In this document: piece by piece, positions 1-8,965 of the stretch
Layout: each line of letters starts with the position of its first letter
How positions within the stretch are numbered: the stretch's first letter is position 1
Assembly (NCBI GenBank): GCA_024704765.1
Contig: JAKMXF010000149.1
Span: forward strand, 1-12,960
DNA length: 12,960 bases
Origin: Oopsacas minuta
Taxonomy: Eukaryota; Animalia; Porifera
Direction of reading: 5' to 3'
Notes under the pieces: generated by a model
Seen by the model: the letters and a program-made list of their open reading frames with translations, nothing else
The model's database searches: none
Told to the model about the DNA's origin: nothing
Made by a program: the position numbers and the translations under genes

Positions 1-1300
1 CGCATTCCTCTTTCTCTCACTCAGATAAATGATATTCGTCAACTTAACAATTTGCTTAAAGAAATTGAAAACCATTCTGCCCCTACTAATTCTCCTGAAA
101 CATTCCAACATCATGTCAGAGAAGCAACCGGAAGCATTCGTAAAGCTATTGACTCCCTTACAACTGGAGAAGAATCTGGAAACCAACAGCCTCTATTATC
201 AAGTCTTCAATTTATTCTATATGCCAATTGGATAACGCTTTGATCGCGAAAACTATGAGGCGATACAACATCGAAACTCTTATCTTGTCCCTCAAATGCC
301 AGCTTATCTCGTCAGTTTGTTATAGATATCTTCAATCCCTGGACTGTCTATCATTGCCGCACCTTTCTACTCTAAAGCGCTTATATTCCAATTTTGGTTG
401 GATTCTGACTTTACCAACTATCTCAAACAATCAGTCACTCAGTTTAACAAATGGGAACGAAATGTAGTGATTCAGATGGATGATATTTATGTAAAATCCA
501 CATTTACATACAAAGGAGGTAAGATAATTGGATCTTCTTTGAATCCTACTGGTCCTGCAAAAACCGTTTTTGCCTTCATGATATCAAGTTTGTCCAAACG
601 ATGGTCCAGTATTGTCCGTTTACTGCCCTGTTCCCGCTCATCTGCTGAGTTACTTTTTCCTATCATCAAAGATGTTATTCGTGATGTTGAAGCATGTGGA
701 CTCTCTGTACACGTTTTATCTATTGATAATTACCCGATGAACGTTAACATTTTCAAGTTATTTTCTCCCAGCCGACTTCTAGAGCATATTGTTCCTCACC
801 CTATGGACTCAAACTGGCCATTGTTTTTGTTTTTTGACTTCGTTCATATAATCAAATCGATACGTAATCACTGGCTTAACCAAATAGATTATAATAAAAG
901 ATTCACTTATCCAGATTTTGAGAACATACAAGTTGCGAGTACTGCAGTTTTCGAAGAAATTCGCAAATAATATAAAAGTGACCAATACTCTGTTGCTAAA
1001 TTAGCTCCAAGATTAACCTCTAAAGCTTGTTGGCCTTCCACTTTAGAACGACAAAATGTTTCTTTAGCTTTAAGGAAATTTGATGAATCTACAGCCGCTG
1101 CATTAAACGTTAGCCACCAATCGCGATACCACACTTCTACAAATTCACAGACTGCAGACTTTATTGCCGTTATTTGTAATGTTTGGAAGATATTCAACAT
1201 CAATACTCCGAACAAGGGTATCCTTCACAAAGATGAATTTTCAGTTCCACTTACCTACAATGATACCAGATTTATGTTCCTTCAACGTGTAGTTGATTGN
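1..1300 (+). pseudogene. P-element/THAP9-family transposase pseudogene, 5' part outside the window and truncated at the N at 1300
   Basis: ORFs 52-243, 228-467 and 398-970 join through two frameshifts (~230, ~400). Reading through TAA 968-970, the same frame stays open to TGN 1298-1300. P-type motifs: RRYNIETLILSLKCQLISSVCYRYL...LPHLSTLKRL; VIQMDDIYV (first catalytic D 479-481); LSIDNYPMN (second D 725-727); FDFVHIIKSIRNHWLN (DxxH, 836-847); LAPRLTSKACWPSTLERQNVSLAL; WKIFNINTP. The catalytic Glu region is absent. Confidence 0.9.
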
Positions 1301-1411
1301 GTCGTAATGTGGTTTCGAAACTTATCTAATCACATTCAATTCAGCAGTTTGGGTAACTATGGTTGAAATGATAACGCGTATCTATAAATATGACTTACCA
1401 ATAATCCTAAT

Positions 1412-1427
1412 GTAGCGCATGCGCTAC
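1412..1427. repeat. Perfect 16-bp palindrome GTAGCGCATGCGCTAC
   Basis: Read directly: gtagcgca|tgcgctac is self-complementary. The flanking bases (t1411, t1428) do not extend it. Confidence 0.95.
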
Positions 1428-1838
1428 TCATTTTTAAATACCTCTGTGTGCGGTTCAATTATGATTGACGAATAGGGCCTTGAGTGGCTAGCATGGCACG
1501 TTGTTGGTGATTCGATGGATTTCTATAAGGTGTTTCACTGGTTTTTTGGTAAAATTTTCATTTTCCTCTAATCCTAGTATTATTGTATTATTTGCATTCT
1601 CTATATGTCATTGATACATGTGGTATATATCCATTGTTCAGAAAACACCGCCCTTTTCTAAAAAAGACAGGGGCAGGTGGAAATAACCCGTTTTTTCAAG
1701 CCTTTTTCTGCTGATTAGATAAACATTTAGGTTAATTATAATTATTATGTTTCAATAAATTTAGGATGCTATTTCTTCACTGTCTAGAATCAATTCATGA
1801 AGTACTTGATATGATTCAACAACTTTTAACAATACACG

Positions 1839-1846
1839 ATTAGAGA
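1839..1846. repeat. 8-bp target-site duplication ATTAGAGA, left copy
   Basis: Identical to 5840-5847 and immediately precedes CAGGCGTAG. An 8-bp TSD is characteristic of the hAT superfamily. Confidence 0.8.
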
Positions 1847-2068
1847 CAGGCGTAGAACTTTCGAAATTTATGAAAATCTGGGGGGAAGGAGCAGAGACCA
1901 AGCGCCTGGTATCGCAAGCACCAATCGATTCAGAGATATTATTAGTATCGTAATTTATTATTAATATTAGTATAAATAATTGAGTCCGAAAATTACTTTC
2001 TGCGTTCTTCATGTATTATAGTCTCTCACTGTTCAAACATATTTAACCTAACTGTAGATCGTTTAATA

Positions 2069-2095
2069 CTAGGACGTTCAATAAGTCTTGCGGGT
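2069..2095. repeat. Mariner terminal inverted repeat, left
   Basis: 24/27 inverted match to 3375-3401; preceded by TA. Confidence 0.9.
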
Positions 2096-2147
2096 GATAT
2101 CATAGAATATGATACAAAACACTATACACACTAATTCACTATGTTAT

Positions 2148-3212
2148 TTATTCAAAGTAATCTCCTCGTGCAGATACACAAAGTTTTAACCTTTCCACCC
2201 ACTTGTAAAACACATTTCCGTACTCTTCTTCGGGGATGGATTTGAAGTACTGGTACAGGCCCGTTCCGAGTGCTTGTAATGTGTTAAAATCTTTGCCTTG
2301 AAGTTAGATTTTAAGCTTGGGGAATAGCCAAAAATCACACGGAGCTAGGTCTGGTGAGTGTGGTGGATGGGGAAGTAATTCTAACTCTTCTACATCCAAG
2401 AAATTTTTGGTAAGCTTGGCTGATGGGAACTGGCGTTATCAATTAAAGTCTTCATTTCTCAAGTTACGGTTTTCGGGCGGTACTTTTCCATATTTTTTAT
2501 CAAGTTTGGAAGCTCTTGCTCTGTAAAGAAAGTAGCAGTAACAGACTTGCCACTCTCACAAGGTAATTGCAAACAATTCCATCTCTATTGAAGAAAATGG
2601 TACACAATATCCTAGGTTTTCCCCAGTTGTGCCTAGGAATTTTCTCCGGTTGTCCGTCGCCCCTCACCCATGATCGCTTCTTATACTTGCTATGTGGTGT
2701 TGGATAGTAAACCCACGTCTCGTCACCAGTAATAATCTCTGTTAGGCGTCTAGAACCGCAGTTCTCATAAGTTTCCAAGATTTTCTTGGCAATATTGAGT
2801 CGTGCCAACCTTTGATTCTCACTGAGCTTATGCGGGACCCATTTCCCACAAATCGATCGGTAGCCAAGCTCAGTCGTCAGAATTGTATGAATAAGTCCCG
2901 ATGAAATCTCCATTCTTTGTCCTAACTGATTGACAGTAATGCACTTGTCTTCCATGACCGTACTTTCAATCAGTGCGATATTCTCTGAATTAGTGGTGGA
3001 TACCGGTCTTCCAGATCGAGGCAAATCTGTGACATCAGCATTACCAGATCTAAAACGGGCAGCCCATCGCTCTACAGTAGATCTGGAAGGGCAATCCACG
3101 CACAATATCTCCTGTAACTCGCTGAAGATCTGTACGGGCTGATCTTGAGTATTGTGCGAAACTCTATGTAAGCTCGCCATTTGAGGTTGAAATTATCATC
3201 CTTTGAAGCCAT
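2148..3212 (-). pseudogene. Mariner (Mos1/Hsmar-like) DD34D transposase pseudogene
   Basis: The likely true ATG is at 3212 (MASKDDNFNLKWRAYIEFRTILKIS), frameshifting near 3137 into QIFSELQE..PSRSTVERW (HTH). Motifs: RSGRP, WVPHKL, TGDETWVY (D 2724-2722), DNASSH (D 2440-2438), HPPHSPDLAPCDFWLF (D 2336-2334), RGDYFE* (stop 2150-2148). D2 to D3 spans 104 nt, i.e. 34 intervening codons after restoring one deleted base. Further frameshifts occur near 2565 and 2420, plus a stop at 2306-2304. Confidence 0.92.
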
Positions 3213-3374
3213 AAATTAAACAGTGGGTATAAATTGACTACACGTAACTATCTCAAAAATTCATAATTTGTATTGAATAAGCTTGAAACTTTCAGTATAT
3301 GGAGTTTAACTATATAGGCTTATAATATATGAAAGTTAGATATATTACTTGACTAATTCCTGAGATATAACATG

Positions 3375-3401
3375 ACCCGCAAGACTTATTGAACGCCCTG
3401 A
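3375..3401. repeat. Mariner terminal inverted repeat, right
   Basis: Inverted match to 2069-2095; followed by TA at 3402-3403. Confidence 0.9.
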
Positions 3402-5839
3402 TAAATTCCTGCATAAGGTCTTCTATAGGTAGGATTGTTCGCACTAGGTCCCGGTGAGTGTTTAGAACCACAAGACTACTCATGTGTTCTTGACCTTTGG
3501 TTGACCCCAAGTATGTGAGCAACCTCCGCAACCGACTAAAAGATCTCTCTGCTTCGCATGTCGTCACAGGGAGTACAAGGTACAAAACAAGAGCGGTGTG
3601 CAAACCAGGTAACGTGACCTTTATTCCGGGTTCAGCTTTGAGGTTTTTCTTCAGAGTTTTCCAGGAAATCTCGAGGCCTTCAATATCAGAGGTTAGACCA
3701 AGCTTGCCTTTCCCACCTTAGTTGTGCCAATTCTGGAAGGCCACCATTATAGAATCTCGTCAGCTCTTCTAGGTTCTTATCAACCATGTTCTTATCCTCC
3801 AACGTGCATCTCACCAGCTCAGCCACGAGAAGGTCTTGTTGAGAATACCGAGTAATGAGAGCCGACGCTGCCGCTCGGAATACCTACACTCATACTTGCT
3901 AAAATCTTGCTAAACCTTCTACAAGATAAACATCCAACCTACCTGCTTGTACATATCTACATATCTCTTTTGGATCTGAATTTCCACTTCCTGAGTGTTT
4001 GAATCTATTGAAATAGCTCCCCTCCTCTTTTCGGTGTGCTCTACGTAGTCGAAAAGGTGGGGTTGGTCTAATCTAAGATCTCCTGCAGCTTTCTTAACTT
4101 CGAATGACCAAAACTGCGGCAGCTACCATCTCTTTAAACAATTCATATCTTTTGGAAAAGGTTTTTATGAAGTTGATTACTGCATGTACCTTCTCGAACG
4201 CATTTTCTACCTCCGCCCAGATTACATGCTGTCTTGAACCACCAGATTCATGTTATCCCCAAAACGGTATACCCATAACGTTTTATCGTTCTCAGCACGA
4301 ACTTTGGCTTGGAGACCATTGTGGCGTTCAGACATATTTGCTACTCCATCATATTCCTACCCCCTCATCGAATTAAATGGTAAATTCAATACCAGTAAGG
4401 CATTCTTAAGAATAGTTAATAAGGTATCATCGTCTGTGTTAGTTGTATGTAAGAAGCCAAAAAACTTGTCTATTAACCTCAGATCTGCTTCAACGTGGCG
4501 GATACACATACTAACTTGCTCACGCCTCCTGATATCCTGATCTCGTCCATTATGACCGAATAAAAGAAACGACCCTGCTTCTTTGCTTCCCCAGCTGTGG
4601 ATTCTTGTTTGATGAGCGTAATAAAGTATTTTGTCATTTTATCTCTCAACATTTTTATTATTTCGTTTTGAATTTCAGGACACATAAATTTTATTCGTAC
4701 ACTCGAAGAAATAAATGTTTTGACTTCGTCGTTGAACCGCGATACCAGAAGAGCAAGTTTCCAGATATTAGAGGTTAGTTTTTTAGTCCCTGTCCCCACG
4801 TAGGGCTAGTCCTTATGTTGCACACGTCATAACAGAGTCGAATACTGCTCTGAGACCTGTCCTATTAAGCTCAATATCCCCACGCTTAATCCTGTCAAAT
4901 CTATCGTCAATGACTGATTTATTTAGCTCCATTTGATAGACTAACCATGCCTCTTGCTGGTCAGACTGGTCCTCTCCCATATGCCTATCAAGTGAGCTTT
5001 TACCTGTCTTGATCTACTTTGAGGTGCCTCGTGTATTGCCCTTCTCAATTGGTCGTATGCGCTTATTCGTGATTGCCCATACGCATACGGTGCAATGGCA
5101 CGTCTCCATGTCCTCATGGAGTTTAAGCCACTTATACTATCTAAACCACTGTTTCTGCATATATCTCGTAGAATACTCATATTTTTTGAAAGGCATATGC
5201 TCAAGAAGGTTCTCTAATCCTGCAGGACAGGAAGAACACGATCCTTTAAGTTAGTAATGTAGATTTGTGGATGGGTAGTTGAAGAAATCTCAGATACCTA
5301 AAGTGAAATAGGAGCGAGGCATGAGAGTTGTTGGGAAATTTCATGACAATCTTGAGGTTGAGAATGATAGCTGACTGATAAAGAATCATTTAATAACCCT
5401 GCTAATGGTTCCGATATTGGTTCTCCTTCTTCATTGACTTTTCCGTCACCACCTTCATCTGTGTGTAATTCACGATTTTCTTGATTGAGAAGAAAGACTT
5501 GATCAACGGCTGATGTATTTCTTTAGGAGGGCTGAATCTACGCTTTGACATTTTTAAAGGAGTTTGGGTTACGAGAATACAAAGAATCTATTGGCACTTC
5601 GATCATGCGAAACCCCTAAACTATATTTTAAAGGGAAGTAATAAATTGGAAATTCAAATCAACCACAATTTTCCCCACGAGAAGACCTTTATATATACTA
5701 TTATTAAATATAGATATCAACTCATTTTTAAAATAAACCCTACTTCAGTTAACAAATCCTGAGGCGAGATAGGCCTAGCCTACCCTGACTTTTTTCCGGG
5801 GAGGGCAGGCCCCGCCGCCCCCCTGCAACGACGCCTATA

Positions 5840-5847
5840 ATTAGAGA
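5840..5847. repeat. 8-bp target-site duplication ATTAGAGA, right copy
   Basis: Identical to 1839-1846. Confidence 0.8.
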
Positions 5848-6009
5848 TTATTACTTTGATTTATATTTTGGTTTAAATGAATTCCTTCATAACACTTCGC
5901 TTATCAACTTTCATAATTTGTATATATTGTAGGTATTCCTTTTGTTTGTATAGTAAGAATTGTATATATTACATATCATTTTTTATTTTCATTAGACTAA
6001 ACTCATTCA

Positions 6010-7695
6010 ATGGATCATGGCAATAGGTCCAATAACTTTGGTGGTCGAAAATTTGATCCTTCCCATCATCAATACCTTCTAAGCAGAAATGTATACATTG
6101 TAATACAGAATTGAGTGATAAGTTTATCAGATTACGAGCTCATATCAGCAGTTGTACATCTATTTCTAATCAAGTTACTGAGATAGAAAAAGAATTCATT
6201 TCAAACACTAAATTGATGAGTTGTAGCGGAACACCTATTGTGAGCGAGGGTGATCTTATCCGAACAAAGCAATCACACCTGACTAGTGATAGAATAAGCA
6301 TGACCAATTCTAAGGAGAAAGAATCCTTTGATAAAGCAGTCGCGAGGTTTTTCTATAGTTGTAACATTCCATTTAATGTTGCTGATAATGAATACTTCAA
6401 AAATATAGTGCTTTTGTTAAGACCAGCTTATAAACCACCAAGTTCAAAACTTACGGATCATTAAGGAAAAAAATGTGCAATTATTTGAATAATAAGGAAG
6501 TTTGTTTTCTATTAGATGGTTGGAGTGATATTAACCAGGCATCAACTATTGGTACATGCTTAAAATGTTTGTCAACGGGTAAAGTATATCACTATTAGAC
6601 AATTGACAAGAAGGGAGATACAGCTTCTTCTGAATATTAGAAGGATACGAGTCTAGAGATCATTAATCAAGCTGAACAAAAAGTAGGATGTAAAGTTATG
6701 TGTATTGTTACAGACAATGAAAACAAAATGCTACGGATGAAGCTGCTGATGAAAATTGTTAGACCAGACATTTTATTTTCAGGACGCAATACACATTGGC
6801 TTAATATATTGAGTAAGGACCTATCCCCACCTGGAGTTGTAAATCATATCATTCAAATCAATTGTTTTTTCAAGAATCATAGCAATATTGCTTATTGGCT
6901 ATCAGAAATTCAAGGTACAGTTAGACCCAAGCTTGTTTCAGTAACCAGATGGTCTAGCACTGTCGATACTCTCCAAAGCTAAAAGAAAAACCGTCCTGGA
7001 ATGATTTCGGTTGCTCCTGACTATGTTGATCAAATAGAACAGGCAATCGTTAGTAAATTAAATCATCTTGAATATATAATAATGTGAACGATTTACTTAA
7101 ACTCCTAGAGCCAGTAAACCTTTGTTTAGATGCAGTACAAAACTCTAAAGCTTGTATTGAGGATGCGATGTATAATTGGCTAAAGTTACTAAACGATCCA
7201 AACCTAGAACATGTCAAATTATAAATTGAAACCAGAATGCATAAATTTATAAAACCTGAAGGCTACATTGCAAATACTTTACATCCGAGATACCACCAGG
7301 GAAGACTTCCTATCAGCAATGAACAGAAAGAAATCGCTAGAAAATTTGTGCTAGGAATTTCCCCAACTCATTCATTGAATTCGTGGTAATTCAATCTCAA
7401 CACATATTTATCCCAGAGACGTTAAAATTAAAAACAGTAAGGCAAACTGTGAACCCAATTTCATGGTGGCATGCCCAAGGCTCGGAAAATTTGATCACAT
7501 AGCAAAAAGTTATTAGTTATACCAGCAATGTTCTGCAGATATTGAACGAGGGTTTGGCGTAAAGGCATACATTCTTGCATGATCAGAAACCGGCTCAGCA
7601 TACAAAAAGCACATAAATTGGCTTTTATCTACAGTGTCAATCGTGTAACCAAAAATGACGATAATTACGAGGTTGATGATGACTATGATCATTGA
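6010..7695 (+). pseudogene. hAT transposase pseudogene, BED zinc finger + DUF659-type core
   Basis: ATG 6010 (MDHGNRSNNFGGRKFDP) frameshifts into the BED-like KCIHCNTELSDKFIRLRAHISSC. Further motifs: FFYSCNIPFNVADNEYFKNIVLLLRPAYKPPS; CFLLDGWSD (D 6515-6517); CIVTDNENKM (D 6713-6715); GRNTHWLNIL (CxxH with C replaced by R); TRWSS; CSADIERGFG (E 7544-7546); IRNRLSIQKAHKLAFIY; acidic tail ending at TGA 7693-7695. Many stops and frameshifts. Confidence 0.88.
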
Positions 7696-8965
7696 TTATA
7701 ATATCTAAATGAATATTGATTAGTATTTAGTACTGTTCTCTTTCATAATATCTTATCTAAACAAACATGTCAGTTCATTAAGTTGATATTCCACAAACCT
7801 CTGTCTAACATTAGAAACCCAGTATAAAAGGGTTATAGTCCGAAATTTCAACAACAAGAGGTACTAAAAGTGTAAAATCTCTTTAGTAAATCAGTCTCTT
7901 ACATGTTACAAAATGGGCCCGGAGTAAAGTCACATATGGTGATTATGGTCATAAGTGGGTTTCCAAATTTATTGCCCTTTTCCCAGGTGGTCTTTCTGAC
8001 AAACACTGTATATATCTTTGAAAAAATACCGAATACTTTTGGAGTTATTATCACCTATTGTGGGGGATCTTCATTATGTTCAATGTATTTAATAAATTTC
8101 CATTCCCAGCACCCTGGCGAAAAACTTTTAGCTAAATCATACAACTTAGTGGCCATTTGAGATTCGTCATAATATTAGCATATAGTGATGCAAACTTCCT
8201 AGTAAAATATTTCTCCCAACTAGCATATTCCCAAATTATATGAATTCATGTTCTAAATATATTTCAAAATCCTGTGAGATTTTTAAATTTCTGACTATAT
8301 AGCATTATACTGAGAAATACAATTTTACTATGGAGTGTTCACTAGTATTTAGTAAGATTGAAGCCCTAACTTAGCTTAATCATATTTGGTTAGAGCAATT
8401 TTTACGCTATTGCCTACCCAGGTATAGGAATTAGCAATACGTAATCTGGAACTAACTTAATATCCAGAGTCATAGTAATTTCAAATCAAAAATTCTCAAG
8501 GGATTCATAAATAGTATAGAACACTCTTTGATAAATAATTACCATGGATCAATGTGATCATATCTTTGGAATCCATTCCAAGGCATTAAATTATGGATCT
8601 ACAGCTGTTTTTATACCTCCAATGAAGCAATTATTCTCACCTAATCTTGTATTTGTGTGCACGTGTAAAATGCTTCTGCCCGCCCTTGGTTGGAAGTTTC
8701 TCATTGGCTGTACTTACGGCAAGTGTCTTAAAATTGCTTATAACGTGATTGATTTGAATTCAATTGCATTTATCTTCACTATTTCGATACCCAGCCCGGT
8801 TTTTCCCTTGAATTAGTGTTTGATCATGTCTCAGGGGGAGTTTCTCAAGGTCCGTACTTGGATCAGTTACTTATTCGCTAGAGAATAGTCACTATTTCCA
8901 AAGCGAATGGAATTTTAATAGCTCCAATTTCTCATTTATGTCACTTGTTTGTTGTAAAATAGAAA

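Larger units (their letters stand above)
2069..3401 (-). mobile_element. Complete mariner (DD34D) element, 1333 bp, with 27-bp TIRs and TA duplication
   Basis: Left TIR 2069-2095 CTAGGACGTTCAATAAGTCTTGCGGGT versus the reverse complement of 3375-3401 TCAGGGCGTTCAATAAGTCTTGCGGGT (24/27). TA lies at 2067-2068 and 3402-3403. Size and internal ORF are typical of mariner. Confidence 0.95.
2026..5551 (-). pseudogene. hAT transposase pseudogene (ZnF_TTF + DUF4371 + hAT dimerisation domain; ZMYM1-like), split by the mariner insertion
   Basis: Probable ATG at 5551-5549 (MSKRRFSPPK). TTF-like finger QKQWFR*YKWL..CHCTVC at ~5170-5075; CAT*GLALRG at ~4810; FYSVIMDE (D 4547-4545) then frameshifted REQVSMCIRHV; YDGVANMSERHNGLQAKV (D 4350-4348); LPVTTCEAERSFSRLRRLLTYL (E 3549-3547). 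The C-terminus continues on the far side of the mariner as IKRSTVRLNMFEQ* (stop 2028-2026). Multiple stops and frameshifts. Confidence 0.9.
1847..5839 (-). mobile_element. hAT DNA transposon (ZMYM1-like/TTF-zinc-finger type), full length but inactive, interrupted by a mariner
   Basis: Flanked by the 8-bp direct repeat ATTAGAGA. The termini are CAGGCGTAG (1847-1855) and, on the reverse complement, (TA)TAGGCGTCG ending at 5839. GC-rich subterminal sequence lies at 5797-5837. It encloses the complete hAT transposase remnant. Confidence 0.8.
1668..7803 (+). mobile_element. Putative outer hAT element (BED/DUF659 type) carrying the nested hAT and mariner; boundaries tentative
   Basis: The left end CAGGGGCAGGTGGAAA (1668) and the reverse complement of the right end CAGAGGTTTGTGGAAT (ending 7803) match at 11/16. 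Removing 1847-5847 leaves about 340 bp between 1668 and the transposase ATG at 6010. No 8-bp TSD was found (aaaaaaga vs tctaacat), so the ends are unproven. Confidence 0.35.

Noticed and set aside
487-1215. Minus-strand ORFs 487-669 and 907-1215
   Set aside because: Antisense shadows of the P-like transposase frame with no motifs of their own.
3310-3603. 97-aa minus-strand ORF as an independent gene or novel fusion protein
   Set aside because: It is the hAT dimerisation-domain fragment reading through the mariner TIR. The upstream transposase is broken by many stops, and there is no evidence of expression.
2317-5254. Plus-strand ORFs 2317-2526, 2930-3142, 3497-3721, 4104-4376, 4250-4540 and 5009-5254
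   Set aside because: All lie antisense to mariner or hAT transposase remnants and show no recognisable domains.
5797-5826. G/C-run cluster as a G-quadruplex or regulatory island
   Set aside because: It lacks four separate G3 tracts on either strand and is explained as GC-rich hAT subterminal sequence.
8140-8235. Minus-strand SWEKYFTRKF resembling a phosphatidylserine decarboxylase motif
   Set aside because: No other decarboxylase motif (YHRFH, GST) is found nearby; likely chance.
7903-8816. Plus-strand ORFs 7903-8160 and 8544-8816 as genes or upstream exons of the phosphoesterase
   Set aside because: Short, no recognisable motifs and no clear splice path. An in-frame TAG sits just before the phosphoesterase ATG.
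8637-8870. In-frame TGA (8762-8760, minus strand) as selenocysteine
   Set aside because: No redox-motif context, no recognised selenoprotein similarity and no SECIS identified.
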